Assembly (NCBI RefSeq): GCF_001194135.2
Contig: NC_068981.1
Coordinates: 129,537,227 to 129,601,226 of the forward strand
DNA from: Octopus bimaculoides
Lineage: Eukaryota
DNA length: 64,000 bases
Reading direction: 5' to 3'
Below are positions 1-14,900 of the stretch, piece by piece (within the stretch, counting starts at the first letter, position 1; the number at the start of each line of letters is the position of its first letter). The position numbers and the translations under genes were made by a program. The notes beneath the pieces are model-generated. The model was not told the origin of the DNA. It saw nothing but the letters and a program-made list of their open reading frames with translations, and made no database searches.

Positions 1-315
1 GCGTACGAACAACCATGCTACATGGCAGTGAAACATGGGCTGTAACTGCTGAGGACATACGTAAGCTCGCAAGGAATGAAGCCAGTATGCTCCGTTGGAT
101 GTGTAATGTCAATGTGAATACCCGTCAGAGTGTAAGTATCTTGAGAGAAAAGCTGAACATTAGAAGCATCAGTTGTGGCGTGCAAGAGAGACGATTGCGC
201 TGGTATGGGCATGTGGTGAGAATGGAGGAGGATAGCTGCGTGAAAAAGTGCCACACCCTAACAGTTGAGGGAACCCGTGGAAGAGGTAGGCCCAGGAAGA
301 CCTGGGCTGAGGTGG
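1..315 (+). mobile_element. RTE-clade LINE, C-terminal ORF fragment
   Basis: ORF 15-452 begins HGSETWA..RNEASMLRWMC..RRLRWYGHVVRM..RGRGRPRKTW, the typical RTE C-terminus. Confidence 0.85.
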
Positions 316-450
316 TTTATATGGCACCACACAGGCGCTTTTACATGGTACCACATGGACACTTTTATGTGATGCTGCACGTGCACTTTCACATGATGCC
401 ACACAGGTCCTTTTACATGTCAAAGAACGGGTACTTTTACGTGTCACCAT
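316..450 (+). repeat. Degenerate ~24-nt tandem repeat, ~6 units
   Basis: Units like ttttacatggtaccacatggacac; explains the FYMxPH repeats in ORF 15-452. Confidence 0.7.
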
Positions 451-720
451 AATTAAAGTAACTTGTCTCTCCACTGCCATTTATTTTGAATGTATGATTC
501 AGCGTTGTTTTGAAATTGTCCTGTATGAGCATGTGAGTGTGTGCATGCTTGCATGTGTGCACGCTCGTATGTGTGTGTACTTATATGTAAGCATGTGCGT
601 CCATATGTGTGTTTGTTAAATTTCATTCATATCAGATAAGATAGAGACTTTGGACTTGGTTTTGGTTTTCTTTCTGTTATTTTCTGTTTTCTTCGTAAAT
701 GCATCCTTTCATTTTCACGT

Positions 721-1074
721 TCACGTTCTGTATTTTATGTGTGAACAACATCCGCAACCATGGGTAATTGTAAGGCTTTTATCTACGTAATTGCTATTCA
801 AAATTGGTCGTGTTTCAGTTATGAGGACCGACTCTTGTATTTGCCATAACCATGCATCGTCAGGGTGTCTAGACAGGATTTCTATGCTAATCCGGTCCAG
901 TACACCACCATGTTGTTCTTTGGCATGCTGGTAGAGCACAGAGGTTTGTTTGTGATTCTTATAGTCCCTCCAATGTTCATTTACACGCTCAGCCAAACTT
1001 ATCGCCATTTCACCTATGTATGCCGTGTTTCCGTTTTTACAATCACCATCCATACAGCTTATTTCGTAAACCAC
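721..1074 (-). mobile_element. Penelope-like element, GIY-YIG endonuclease relic
   Basis: VYEISC..AYIGE....LAERVNEH..SVLYQHAKEQH..QESVLI...RPILN. Confidence 0.75.
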
Positions 1075-2194
1075 ATTTCTGGCTTTGCAGTTGATAGTTG
1101 ATATGTATTTTAACTGAACTCATATTAGGGAGTAAGTTAGGTATTTTAATTAGAGAGCTTATGGAGTAACGGGGACACTTTAATTGGTATCATGAAGAGG
1201 TAAAACTCACTAGATATTGTTTAAACTAAGATCAGCCCTAACTGAAAAAATCTATGATAAAAAGCAATGCAGCCATGACTGTCCCATCTTTTTCCCATGC
1301 GCCAGGAACCGAGGATCACATCATTTAATGTGTTGGGAGTGATTCAAATAAGATTTGGTTGCTATTTCTAGCAAGTTGATCATCACAGAGAGGTTCTCCA
1401 CCGGCTAAAGTGATATTCCACTAGAAAGTGGTGTTGAGCTCAAATCCTTTCTTAGATCTGGAGAATGCTGTGTATTCTTCCTTGAATAAATTACATGAAG
1501 ATAAATTTGCTTTCCAACTACATAGTTCTGGGCTGATCAAAGCCTTGTGAGTAGACTTAGTAGATGGAAATCGAAAGAAGCCCATTGTACATATATGGGT
1601 ATCTTTTTTTTGTTCTCACCACTGCTTGATCATCCCATGTTGGATTGTTTATAATCTTGTAACTTAGAATAAATACCAGGCTTAAAAAAAAAAAAGATAT
1701 AACAGGTTGTTATATCTTTAAGGTGGTGCCCCAGAATAGCCACAGTCCAATGACTGAAACAAGTAAAATATAAAAGATTTATCCATGACTTATATGTATA
1801 TCATACCATATATTACATATAAAAATATCCCTGCACATCCTATACCAATCACTGGTAATGTTTATATAATATGCAAAAATTAAAGCATGATATAAAAGAC
1901 TACCTAGAAGCCATCAACTATCTCAATGGTCCACAAATGTATTGAATTTGAAATGTTTTAAGAAAAGGCCTGATGCCTGGACCCCTGCTGCTAACCCCCA
2001 AAGTATTCTTTTTTTCTTTAGCTTTAAGCAGATGAAAAATAAATCTGTCACTGGACAGAACACTATTACAGGAAACTTTCAAACAAAACCTGATATATAT
2101 CCTTTGTATCAAAATGGATAAATGCTTTGGTGATAATTCTGAAAGATAATTTAAGAGAATATATACTGGGAAAGGTAAAAAAGGCAAAACATAC

Positions 2195-2302
2195 TGTTTG
2201 TGATTGTAAATTAGCTTGTAAAGTGGTAATTTGTTCTTCATATGCTTGTTTTGAACTTTCGAATGCATCACCTTTTTCTTTGAGTACTCTCTTGTAATTT
2301 GT
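2195..2302 (-). CDS. EEA1: EEA1 exon e26
   Basis: tttcag|TNYKRVLKEKGDAFESSKQAYEEQITTLQANLQSQT|gtatgt; 108 nt, phase 0-0. Confidence 0.87.
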
Positions 2303-5037
2303 CTGAAACAAAAACAATTAGAGAAATTAATAGGACTTTTCCAAGGAAAAATGACTTTATCATAGTACTTATGCAGAACATTAATTTTATACCTATAGTC
2401 AATGCATTATCATGTACGCTATGAGTTAACAGAATAAAAAGTGGGTCCCCATACAAACTTAGGGAAATGATCATAAAAATGATAATGATGATGATGAATA
2501 ATTGTAGTGTGCTGATTAATGTTGATATTTGAATAATGCTAGTATATTTTCACTAGTTACACAAATGAAGGTATAAGGGTATGTGACATTTTCTTTACAT
2601 GTATGTTGTTACAAATCAAATGACAAAAGAAGAAACAGTAGGCATAGTCTGTTCTTTTAGCTAAAACATTTTTGGATTAGTGTACTTTAAGAGCATGGAT
2701 GACTGAGCAGACAGAGTGCTGCACAGGTAGCTGTAATAGTAGTTGTTTGAATCTTATCTTTGGCACTGTCTTGTGTCCATAAGCAAAATACTAAACTCTC
2801 AATTTATTTAATCCACCTAGCTACTCACTATAGTTATTGTCACTTGGGACGTTGGTTGCATCAAAGTCAACTCATCTGCCATCATGATCAATGAGGGAAT
2901 TTCTAAGCTGTCAGTCAGCCTGATAAAAACAGTAAACAAATTCCTTCAGATCACATCCTTTCATGAGAAACAGATGGAAATATTGGACAATATAATCCTA
3001 GATACATACTCAATAAGATAAGATGGTCATGGTTAGAATGCCTTTAATAGTAGGTATGTTCATCAGAGTTAAATGACAACACTGAAACAAAGGAAGGACA
3101 CATTTCGAAAATATAATCTTAGATATACAAAATGATGGTACAGCCATGGGTGGAAAGCCTTTGATCATAGATTTGCTAAATTAGGCTTGATCTGAGGCTT
3201 AACAACAACAATTGGTATAACAGAGTAGGAACCATTTGTTCCTCAAAATAGTGGAAATACTGTAAAATAGACAGTGGCTTTCGGCTTGCAGTGCTGATAT
3301 CACAGAATGTAGAAAGAAGAACCAATGATCTGTTGAATTGATTTTTCCTAAGATACATTAGGTAGTGCACTTATGACAAAAGGAATCAATAAACCTACCA
3401 TAACCATAATGGAAATGCTTTCTTTATTTACTCTACAGTTAACAATAATGAACTTATTGTATGCAGTACTCAGGTGCACAACTCACCAGAAAAAGGAACC
3501 AAAACTGAATGAAAAGTACATAGAATATGGACAGAAAGTGAACAGTGAAACAGTCTACAAAAAAATGGGGGTGGGGGTGAGGTTGAGGGGAACCCAAGGT
3601 TGTTAATGCTGAATAATATTACAATGTTGATAAGACTGCAAAAACAAGTGAAAATTTATACAACTTGTAAAAAGAGGTCTTAATTGTGACAGAGCTGTTA
3701 CAAGCACAATGTCACAGCAAAATTATTCATAAGATTCTATCTCCACATTTTACAAAACTAATATATTTCTAACTCTAATCCAGAGTAAGTCAAATCATAT
3801 TTAGCAGAATGGGGTTAGTTTTAAGGTTCTGTCTTGCCAGAAATGGATAAAGAAGAGCAGAAGAGAGAATGAGAAGAAAAAGAAAGAATAAAGAAGAAAG
3901 GGCTTTATGTGTAGAAGTGACAAAACTGTAGAAGAAATGGTAGTTCAGTGGCAATAATATTAATTGCAGCTAGTAAACAACAAAGCTAACACAATATCCA
4001 CTGCATATAATACTGAAGGATGCCACATGCAATATATATTAAATCTTTAAGGACACACAACATGGAAGAGGTGCAATCATGCAGAGTGCATCAAAGAATG
4101 AAAACAAAATAGAACTGAAATTCAATTTACCTTTTTTATTGTTTACATATATTGCAAGGTAAAGCTTTGATAATAAATTAAACTTAACAAATGTTGTTTT
4201 TTAATTATAAAACAAAAACAAAAGGTGTTTATATACCTGGGTCTGAAGTACTGACAACAAGTAGTTTATTTAACACACCACCCTTAAATATTACATTTAA
4301 TACATGCCAATGTGTTAGAAATAGCAACCAATTTTCCCTCGGATCACACTTTACCATTTAAAACAAAAATAGGAAACACTAGATAAGTGCTGAAAATAAT
4401 AAAGAATGATCATGATTGGAATGTTTTTTTTGATCATTAGTCTACTAAATCAAGGTGGACCTGGGGTTAAACAACAACAGCAATCACATTTGGTAATCAA
4501 TAATAAATAAAAAAATCTTAATCTCTTAATACAAGATACACAAGCCAACAAATTAGCTTCTACATGATCATTCGAGCTGCTAGAAATAGCAGTTAAATCT
4601 ACTTCAAATCACACCAAATCACCTTATGCATGACATGACAAAGATAATATCCTACATACCTCTAAAGATACAATATGGCCACAGATGGAATGTCTTTGAC
4701 CAAAAGTCCGCACAATTAAGGTTAATCTGAGGCTAAACAACAAGGTACATTCTGAGCTAACAACAAAGGATCTAAAAGCTTGCTAGACATGCTAAAAATA
4801 GCAGCCAAATCTCATTCAAATTACAAACGACTGTCTTAAAAAAAAGGACACACTGGAAAAATTAGTCTCTAATTAACAAAAGAGGTGGGAAGATAGATGA
4901 AATTCCTTAGATGAAAGATTTGCTTGATCAACACAGACTTCTAGCTAAACAAGATTCAGTTCATTTCTGATACTTATTTTATTCAAATTTCACTTAACAG
5001 CTGATCTGTCCACAAGCATTCTTAGTCTTAGTACAGT

Positions 5038-5071
<34 letters not shown>

Positions 5072-5963
5072 GTGTTTGTCCCTCATTGCTGCTTGACAAC
5101 TGGAACTGGTTTGTTTGTGTCCCCATAACATAGCGGTTTAGCAAAAGACACCTATAGAATAAGTACCGGGCTTAAAATGATTTGTTTGACTAACCTCTTG
5201 AAGGTAGTGCACCAGCATGGTCACAGTCCAACAACTAAAACAAAATATATATATTGTTATTTTTTTACTTTAACTTGTTTCAGTTATTAGACTGCAGCCA
5301 TGCTGGGGCACCAACTTAGAAACTTTTAATCAAACAAATCACTCCCAGTACTTATTTCTAAGCCTGGTACTCCTTATTCTATCAGTCTCTTTCCAAACTA
5401 CTAAGTTACAGGGATGTAAACACACCAAAACTAGTCATCAAGCAACGGTGGAGGACAAACATAAAGACACACACATAGATATGTACATACATATATACAT
5501 ACATACATGCAAACATAGATACATACATACATGTACACACACACACAAGATGGGCTTCTTTTAGTTTCAATCTACCAAATCCACTCACAAGGCTTTGGTC
5601 AGCCTGAGGCTATGGAAGACATTTACCCAAGGTGCCATGCAGTGGGACTGAACTTGGAACCATGTAGTTAGGAAGCAAATGTCTTACCGCACAACCATGC
5701 CTGTGTCTGAGTCTATTTCCCTTTCTCTTTTACATAAGTTTTCCAATGGTAGCATGTTTTTTGCAAATCTAAACATCTGTACAATGCTGCATAAAGTACT
5801 GTTACAATTATATGCATTTAAAAATTTTAACTGCTCGTGTGTGAAATGGGAATGGAATCAGTTGATAGCCACATAGACTAAGGTAAAGTAATGTGAAGCC
5901 TGGTTGTCAGAGAGCACAACTGAATGACTGCAACAAATTATCCAATCATGACTATTAATTTAA

Positions 5964-5995
<32 letters not shown>

Positions 5996-8900
5996 ACGCA
6001 CACGCACACACACACGCACACGCACACACACACACACACACAATGAAAGGTGCTAAATGAATACAAAAATCTTTTTTCATCAATATATGACAGTGGAATA
6101 ATCACACAATTAACAGACAATAAGAATCTTCATAATGGTACCAACCCCCACACACAAAAACTGTGTGGGGGTCAAGAGGGAACCTTTATGTGGCTGTTCA
6201 ATCTGCTAGAAATGACAGCCAAATACTCCACAAATTGTATTCCATCAGCTTAAAAAAAGGAAGAATACGTTGAATAAAGTAGTTTCAAATACACTGTATC
6301 TGGTGGGGGGATGGAATGGTTAAGGCTGCTTAAAGAAATTTTTAATTCCTGGTCTTTTGGACCAGGGTGATCTGGGACTAAACAGCAAATTCATGATGAG
6401 TGTCAGCCGCCATAGCTAAGAGCCAACCTCCCCTCGCTCGAATACAAAATAATAACGATATATATTTGAGTTTCAGCTTCAAAGACATGATGACAATTCC
6501 ACCACTACTACTACCAGAACCATATCATCATCATCATCATCCTCATCATTAACATCATCAGTTTTATGTGTATGTTGTTTTTTCCCCCACAGTTAAATAC
6601 AGCCTGACAAGAGAAAATTTGATTAAAGTACCAAAACCAGTTATTTCCAAAACAAAAAAAAGGTGACCACTCACCAACCTCTCAATACCTAGGAGAGGAG
6701 GGAGGGTCATCTGGTGAAAAATTAATGCCTCTAGGCATGCGGTATATATTGTGTTAGTATGGTATTATAGAGTAAAGTGTATATAGCATCAGTGACTATG
6801 GGTTTTAAATATTTCTGATGATAAAATGAGAGCATATTTCCTTTCAATAAATATATTGAGTGTGTGTGTGTATATGTGTAATTCTATATTTATATATATG
6901 TATGTAATATACATTAGTGTGCATGTGTGCAAGTATATATATATGTATATGTAAGTGTATGTGTATATATGTATATCTATAAACACACACACACATAAAC
7001 ACATACATATATAAATATATACATATACATGCACATATATATATACATACATATTTATATATAGATACACATCTGTATGTACATATCTATATCTATATAT
7101 ATACTGGATGCAATATTACCTCTTTGTCTTCAAAAGCTTTCTTCTCAGACTCCAGTTCTCCAGCTTTACTTTCCAGATTTTTCCTCACTTCTTCCAACTG
7201 GGTCTCTACTTGACATTTGTCTTCACAAGTTGCATTATGTTTCTCAGTCAGTTCTGAAATCTGTAAATGTACACAGACTAACTTTTATATCTAGAAATTC
7301 TTGCCTTGAACAAATATAATACTTATGTATCATAAATAGTAGATATAGTACCGTTATGTCACAAATTTAGGACAAACAGTATTGCAGTGTGATATCTCCT
7401 GGATATGCAATATTATTGAGTCATATCTCTAGCAGTTAGTGTTGCTGTGTCATACCTCTTGCAGGTACTATACTGCTGCATCATATCTGTAGCAGAGATA
7501 CTGCTGTCTCACATCTCTAGCAGATACAGTTCTGTGGTGATATATCGCACATTGATATACTAGAACACATTGATATACTAGTCACCACATCTCTAGCAAG
7601 TATAACGCATATTATTTTTGATAATATTATGCTAACCAATATCATATAAATATAGTCTTGTTGTAACAAATCTCTAACAGATATAATACTACTATGTTAC
7701 ATCTGAAACAAATATAACATTCTGCCATATCTTTAACTTTATACAACATTTATATCATTGCTGTAGAGAGGAAATGCTTGAATAGATAAGGTATTGCACC
7801 GCCAGCTAAGAAGGCTTTTGTTCAAATCCACTGAAGGTATTTCATTATGAGTCTTAATATGTGCTTCTGTTCATCTTACCACAGTGAATATATCTGAGAC
7901 TGCTACAAAAGACAAACATCCCATCTAAGAGAAGGCTAATTTGTGTAATGCCATGAATATAATTTTTGAATGTATCAAAATTCTTTAACTTTTTCTCATT
8001 TGATTTGGGTAAATACCTTATATGAGAGAAGGTTATATTGTATTCTTGGGCAAGACACTTTACTTCCCACTGCTTCAGTTCACTCAGCTGCCAAAGTAAG
8101 TATTAAGACTGGCAGTGTCAAGTAAGTGTACAGCATAAAAAAAGCATTAACAAGTCGGTGGTATGACCAAAATCCATCAGTTATGAAGAGGGATATGTGC
8201 AGGAGTGGACTACTATATACTATCTTTTTTCACCTTGTCTGAATTCAGGAGGTTTTATGAAAGACTGAATGTTAATGAGTGAACAAATAAATTATTGATA
8301 AATATAGTAAAATACTATGGGAGTTAATAATTATCAGTAATTTGTGTACAGAAAATTGAGAAATGATTGGAAGGTGAAATATAAAAAAAGTTTTTTGATG
8401 TAAAATTCTATCATCATAAGAGCCTTACTTTTGCAAGGTTTTATCATACTCCAAGAATATTGTTCATAGAAGTAAAGTTAGAACATCAAGACAATGTTTA
8501 TTTTTTAGAATAATACAGTTGGAGATTTGTAATTAAATAGTGGAGGGTAGTTTGGGTTATGCGTGATGTGTAGACAAATTAACCCTTTAGCATTCAAACC
8601 AGCCATATCTGGCTCAAATATTCTACTTGTTTTAGGCTTAAACCAGCCAGATCTGGCCTCTCACCCCTACCCTACAATGTCATTCTAAAAATAAACAATT
8701 ACATGACTGAAATCTTAAAGCTATGAGACAAAGCATGATTAATTCAAAACAATTACATTTGACAGAATAATTTGAATGCTCAAGAGTTAAATTAATCTCC
8801 TTTTATTTGGATTTCTTTGTGTTGAAGTTGAATAAAGCTGAGATGAGTCACAATTCAGATAGTAGTAAATTGTTTTTTATTTAATTAATTAATTAATTGT

Positions 8901-11900
8901 TATTTCTGCTTAGAGTTTATTTGTATTTGCCTTAAGCTTGTAGCTGTCTGTGGTACAATTAAAGTTTGTAGCTTGTAGTTGAACAGAGTCCATAGTAAGT
9001 ATAATTGTTTAGGACATAGCTTCAAAGTATCCAAAATAATTCGGAATTATAGATTAGACCAATTACATTAAAAAAAGATAATATTGAAAAAAATAATATG
9101 CTGAATATTGATTTTAAAATAATGTTCAATACTAATTGATTTTTAAATGTCCCTCTTTTATACTTTTACATGCATAGATAGAAATTCTAGAAGAAAACAG
9201 TTGTGATAAAGAAATATTAAATTAAAAAAATCTCAAATAGATGGATGCAAAACTTGCTTTTTTTTTCTTAATCTTTAATCTCTTCATGCTATCATGAATA
9301 GAGTGGATTGATAAATTAGGACATTTTCTTATGACTTGGAGCAAATGCTTTTGTAATGACACTTTTCTAACCAATAACTACTCAACTAAGTGAGAAGAAT
9401 GCTTAATTTCAGTAGAACCACCTGAAGAAATTAGAATTATTGCATTTATTTGTATATAATATGCAATCATATATAATGTGTACACATAAATATAGGCAAC
9501 CAAATCTCAGAAAAAGTATCCCTCAGCTACTGCTGTGTGCATGCATGCACACACAGAACTTGTGGCCAATGCATAGAAAATAAAATGTGTGCAGAAAAAG
9601 TTTGTTGTGTAAAATAATGTTTTAATTAAAAACTGTATATTCAGTATGCACATACTTTGGTCACAAGAAAAAAAAATTGCACAAAATGAGATTTTCCTGC
9701 ACAATAATTACTTAAAAATAAGAGAGCATTGCTCTCATGAATAATACACACTGATTTTTCTTTGCTAGTACAATGTGCAGTAAAAAGAATGTCTAGGCAA
9801 ATTTATAATAATTGCTCTATAAACTACATAAAAAATACTCATGAATCTTAAAAAAAAAAACAAAGCAAAAAAAAATTTAGAAGTGACCATAAAAGTGTCC
9901 TTGTTGTAGTCAACATTGTAAAAATCATATGATCATGATTTTTATGCAGAAAAAAGGTGTATTATGCAAACTTTTTTCATGAAAATGTATGTGTAATACA
10001 TGCTTTTTCTCTACCTCTGTGTATATAACACAACAGATGTAGCAAAAACAATACTTTTAGGTCACTAATCAAACAAATTAACTTAAAGCTACTGTAACTA
10101 CTTAGAGTACAAGAAGTACATTATATAGGCCATCTCTAACATGTTTTCTATTATATTGAAAACCTATTCAACCAGCTGATATGGACTAAACAACAATAAC
10201 AATAATACTTATGTAGCATCAACTCTGTAGTGAGATATTTCTGTTATACACAAATTGCATATGGTCAATAAAGAACAAAGGTGAGAGATCGAAAAATATT
10301 AAATAAAAATGTATATTTACAGTTTTAGAAACTAGTGTTTCATAAATAAGACAACTGATAACTTTTGAAAGGGGAAACAATGAGTTTAACAGTATTAGTA
10401 ATGTTAGTAACAGTAGCAGCATTAGCAGTAGTAGTAGTTGTATTAATAGTTACAGCAGATTGAATATTGGTAGTTTAGTCATAAAATATTGAATATTATA
10501 CTTTTTTAATCACTCTGTAATAGTATTCTGTTGAATAAAATGTGTAGTTTGGACTACATTTAATGTCACTTACAGCAATATGTGGTTAAACCAAATATTG
10601 TTCTGCAAGAACAGGGGATAACTTGAAGATTTCCAGTTTGCAACTAATTGTATCTATCCTCAGTTCAAGAACAACCTGATTATTCTCTTCAACATATAAA
10701 GGAAGTCTTTATATTTAGGAATTACTTATAGAAATCAGTTGAAACTTTAAGTTCACCTAATGAATTGTACTTTAGGCTTGCAAGTCTAAGGATTCTGCCA
10801 AGGTGTCTTTTACAGTTTATGTCTGTGCAATATATTGTAGCAGAAATATTTACAGAATCTGTGCTTTTAGACCTTGTTCTAATTTGGGAGAAAATTTATT
10901 ATTTAATTAGTGTTCTAATTGAAATCATGCTTTTAAAAAAAGTAACAGGCATAGCTGTGTGGTAAGAAACTTGCTTTCCAACAACATGGTTCTGGGTTTA
11001 GTCTCAATGTGTGGCACCTTGGGAAAATGTCTTCTACTATAGCCTCAGACCCACCAAAGCCTTGTGAGTGGATTTGGTAGAAAAAAACTGAAAGAGGCCT
11101 GTTGTATATGTATATATCTATGTGTGTATGTGTGTGTGCCTTTGTGTCTGTGTTTGTCCCTCCATCATCATCATCATCTTCGTTTAACATCCGCTTTCCA
11201 TGCTAGCATGGGTTGGACGATTTGACTGAGGACTGTTGGTGTGTTTATGTCCACATAACTTAGTAGTTTGGCAAAAGAGACCGATAGACTAAGTACTAGG
11301 CTTAAAAGAAAATCCTGGGGTTGATTTGATCAACTAAAACCCTTCAAGGTGGTGCTCTAGCATGACTGCAGTCAAATGACTGAAACAAGCAAAAGAATAA
11401 AAGAATATATCAATTTTTCTACATCGTAGACTATACAGCAATACTGTATTGTAGGATGTACTTTTTGGATGTAAAGTGAATGAGTAGCAACAAAATCAGC
11501 CTACACTTGTGATATGGCTGTTAGAACATACGTAGTCTTCACATAAAAGAATATCACAGCAATAATGGAATGTTTCAATTATTTACATGAACATGGTTTC
11601 ATTCACTTCAAATAACTTTGATTACAAATATACAAACATCTTGACAGGTTGTTAGGTTGTTATCATAACATTTTGTAAATCCTAATATGAGATGAAGACA
11701 TAAGAATAGTTTATGAAAAAAATGAGCAATTACTATCAGATTAAATAGATTGCTAGTTATGCCAATCTATCTGTGTTAAGCTGCTTTTTCTAGAACTGGG
11801 AACATGTAGTTTTAGTACTCAAGACAATAAGGATAGTTTTGTTGTTCTCACATGTGATTTAATCGGATTGATTTCTCAGTAAAATTAGGTTTTTCTAAAA

Positions 11901-14900
11901 GATGTTTTCTGGAATGACCAAGCATGCTCCTTAAATATGAGAGAAAATTAGCAAGAGTAATTTTTAATTTTTAAGTCAATATAAACCATTCTTACATAGA
12001 TATTAAAACTACAAGCATATGTAATAATTTCTTAAGCAAGAATAAAGCTTCAGATTAAGAAGAAAAAATATAAATTTTAATGTGTCATATTTTTCCATTG
12101 GACATAAACCATGTTAAAGAAATAGAAGAAAAAGTTTGTCTGCCTAGCTTCCTCTCTTTTTCATGAGTGCGCATGCACGCACACACACACACACACACAC
12201 ACACTATGAAACAAAAATTTTTTCAATATAGCAGCTCTCAGCAGCTACATCTCTTCCAGCTGTGTATCAACTACATTTTCTACATCCCAAATTTATCACC
12301 ATATTTCAAAATTCAAGTATATGTGGGATTGATTGATAGCTTGACATGAACTTTGCATATTTAAAGCTATGCAACAATATTTAAAATACTCAGCATCTCC
12401 TTGGTTTAGCAATAAATATTCTGTTTCTGATAAATATGCTTTGTCATTCAGCACAACCATTATCAACATTCCACCATCAACTACAAACATAGACATATTT
12501 ACTAACACCATCACACACACACAGATTTATTTCTTCGTATCTCAAATAAAATAAAGTAATAAATCAAGTTCAAGATACGACTTTTTTCTTCACGCCTCAC
12601 TATATCTCACTTCATTCTTTATATTATGTTAAAAATAATTTTAAAATGGTTTTTCTTTTAAAACCAATTCTTCTTTAAAACATTACGAACATTTGATCTT
12701 ATTTGTATTTAGATTTGGATTTTACAGATTTTACTTCAAATCATCTAGAGATAAGTTGATAAATAAAAACTTCCATTGACCTATGATATTCGTGTTGACC
12801 ATCGTAATATAAACTTGAACATTCTTCATTTTAAATGAAATAAATTCTCTGTATTTAATTGACAGTATAATGTTTGCAAATAGTGCTGAAAATATGAAAA
12901 AGGGTAAAAGTAATGTTAGCAAAACAACCTGGATATAGTACACCAGTGAGATTAAGTATATATGTTAGGGAGGGGGACATGCATAAGAAGCAAGCAAAGT
13001 TACAACTGAAGCATAGACAGCAATAGGCCAATGCAGTGCATTTGAGCAAAGCAGAAAACCTTCATTTGATATAACAAGTTACTTACCTGTTTCTCCAGTT
13101 CCTTTTGAATTGACAATGCCTTCTCCAGCCTATGTGTCAATTCTTTATTACTCTTCTCACTACTTTGCTGAAGCTGCAACATATACGTACACATTAGTCG
13201 AATGACTAATAAGTGACAAGATTTGCAATTGTTTGTGGAAAGGTGAATGAGTTGTGTCATGTTATATGGGTATTGGCATCATAATTTGAATGATGCTATA
13301 ATAAATGAGTGATGTGGTAGTCAATAGCATTATGTCAACAGCAATATGAATAGTAATTTGCAATAGCATTATGAATTAATAGCTGCTCAATTGATAATGG
13401 TTTTATTAATAATTTGATATTTGCTACTCAGAAAAATATTTTGAGTCTGCTTCCCTACATCATAAAAATCATGCCTTCTGGGTCTCTTATCTCTCATCCC
13501 AGAACCTGTTATTATGCACAGTCTTCAACAACTTGGGATGATGCCCTGTTGAATACCTTTTACTCCAATGTATTCTTGCCCCTATTTAACATTCATGATT
13601 TGAAACTACTGTACTAATTATATCAGAAAGGGCACTGGTCTTTGTGAAAAGAATGAGAAAGGGTGAAAGGATGGTAAAAGAAAAAATGGAATGAGAAAAA
13701 AAAAAAAAAAAAAAAAAATTAAGAGTTGCATCCCTTCAGCCCATTTGATTCAGAATTAATATGGTTGGAATAATTAAATGGGAATGCCAAAGTTAGTAAA
13801 GCTGCATGCTTAATCTGGAGAGGATGGTGTTTTCCAGTTCAATAAAAGAAGCTTGTCCAGAATTCAGTGGAGTTCTTCAATCTAAAAGTATGAGCTCTTT
13901 CAGCTAAATAAATCCTGCATCTCTTTGATTCATTAATGTACATCATGGATCATTCCACAATGCCCATATTGATGGTACATGGAGTGCATTAACTTTCAGG
14001 TCCCAGATATGGCTAGCTAACTTTGTGGCTTTCTGTTTCCTCATACATTTTGATGATTTAATTACAATTATGTTGAAAAAAAAAAAACAACGAACTTTTG
14101 AGACTCATGTGATTCTTGCTATTTTTAGCATACTAAACGACCATGTAGAGGATGAACAAACAACCTTTGAATTTGTTTGAAAGAGAGAAATTAAAATTGT
14201 AATAAAGTAACAAAAGAAATATGTATTCAATAATTAGAGATGATGATGATACATTAGACAATTGGCCCAGACCAGATAGGTGATCCCTTCCTTATATAAA
14301 TATATCAGATTCTAAATTCTAAATACTAACACAAAGTTGTATTCAACACTTTTGTTGTTTGTGCTACAAAATAATTCAAAACCATTATATATATATATAT
14401 ATATATCATCATCACCATCATCATCGTCATTTTACGTCCGCTTTCCATGCTGGCATGGGTTGGACGGTTTGACTGAGGACTGGTGAGCCAGAGGCTGCAC
14501 CAGGCTCAATCTGATCTGGCAAGGTTTGAGAGTTGAATATATAGTTATCTATTTAACCATGGGACTTCCACAGAATTACAGCCATTTTGCAACAGTCTTC
14601 ATGTAGAAGGTGGTATCAAAAAGTTCCTAGACTAGTTCTGTAGCACGTTGACAGATGGCAGCACATTGTTACATGTGCAGTGAGAGCTAGCAGTGACCTT
14701 CATGAGGTAGTGTGAAAAGTGACATCACTGTGTTTACTTCACAATTTGTGAAATGCATGCTGTAGTCTGTGATTTTTGTCATGGACAAGAAGTTGGAACA
14801 AAGAGCCAATGTGAATTTTTGTGTTAAACCTGGGAAGTCTGCTACAGAGACATTGAGTATGTTTTGGCAAGCTTACAGTGATGAGGCAATGGGTCGTATA

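Noticed and set aside
4237-4250. 14-nt microexon-like segment (gtcag|TACTTCAGACCCAG|gtatat)
   Set aside because: Breaks the frame between phase-0 neighbours; no compensating exon found.
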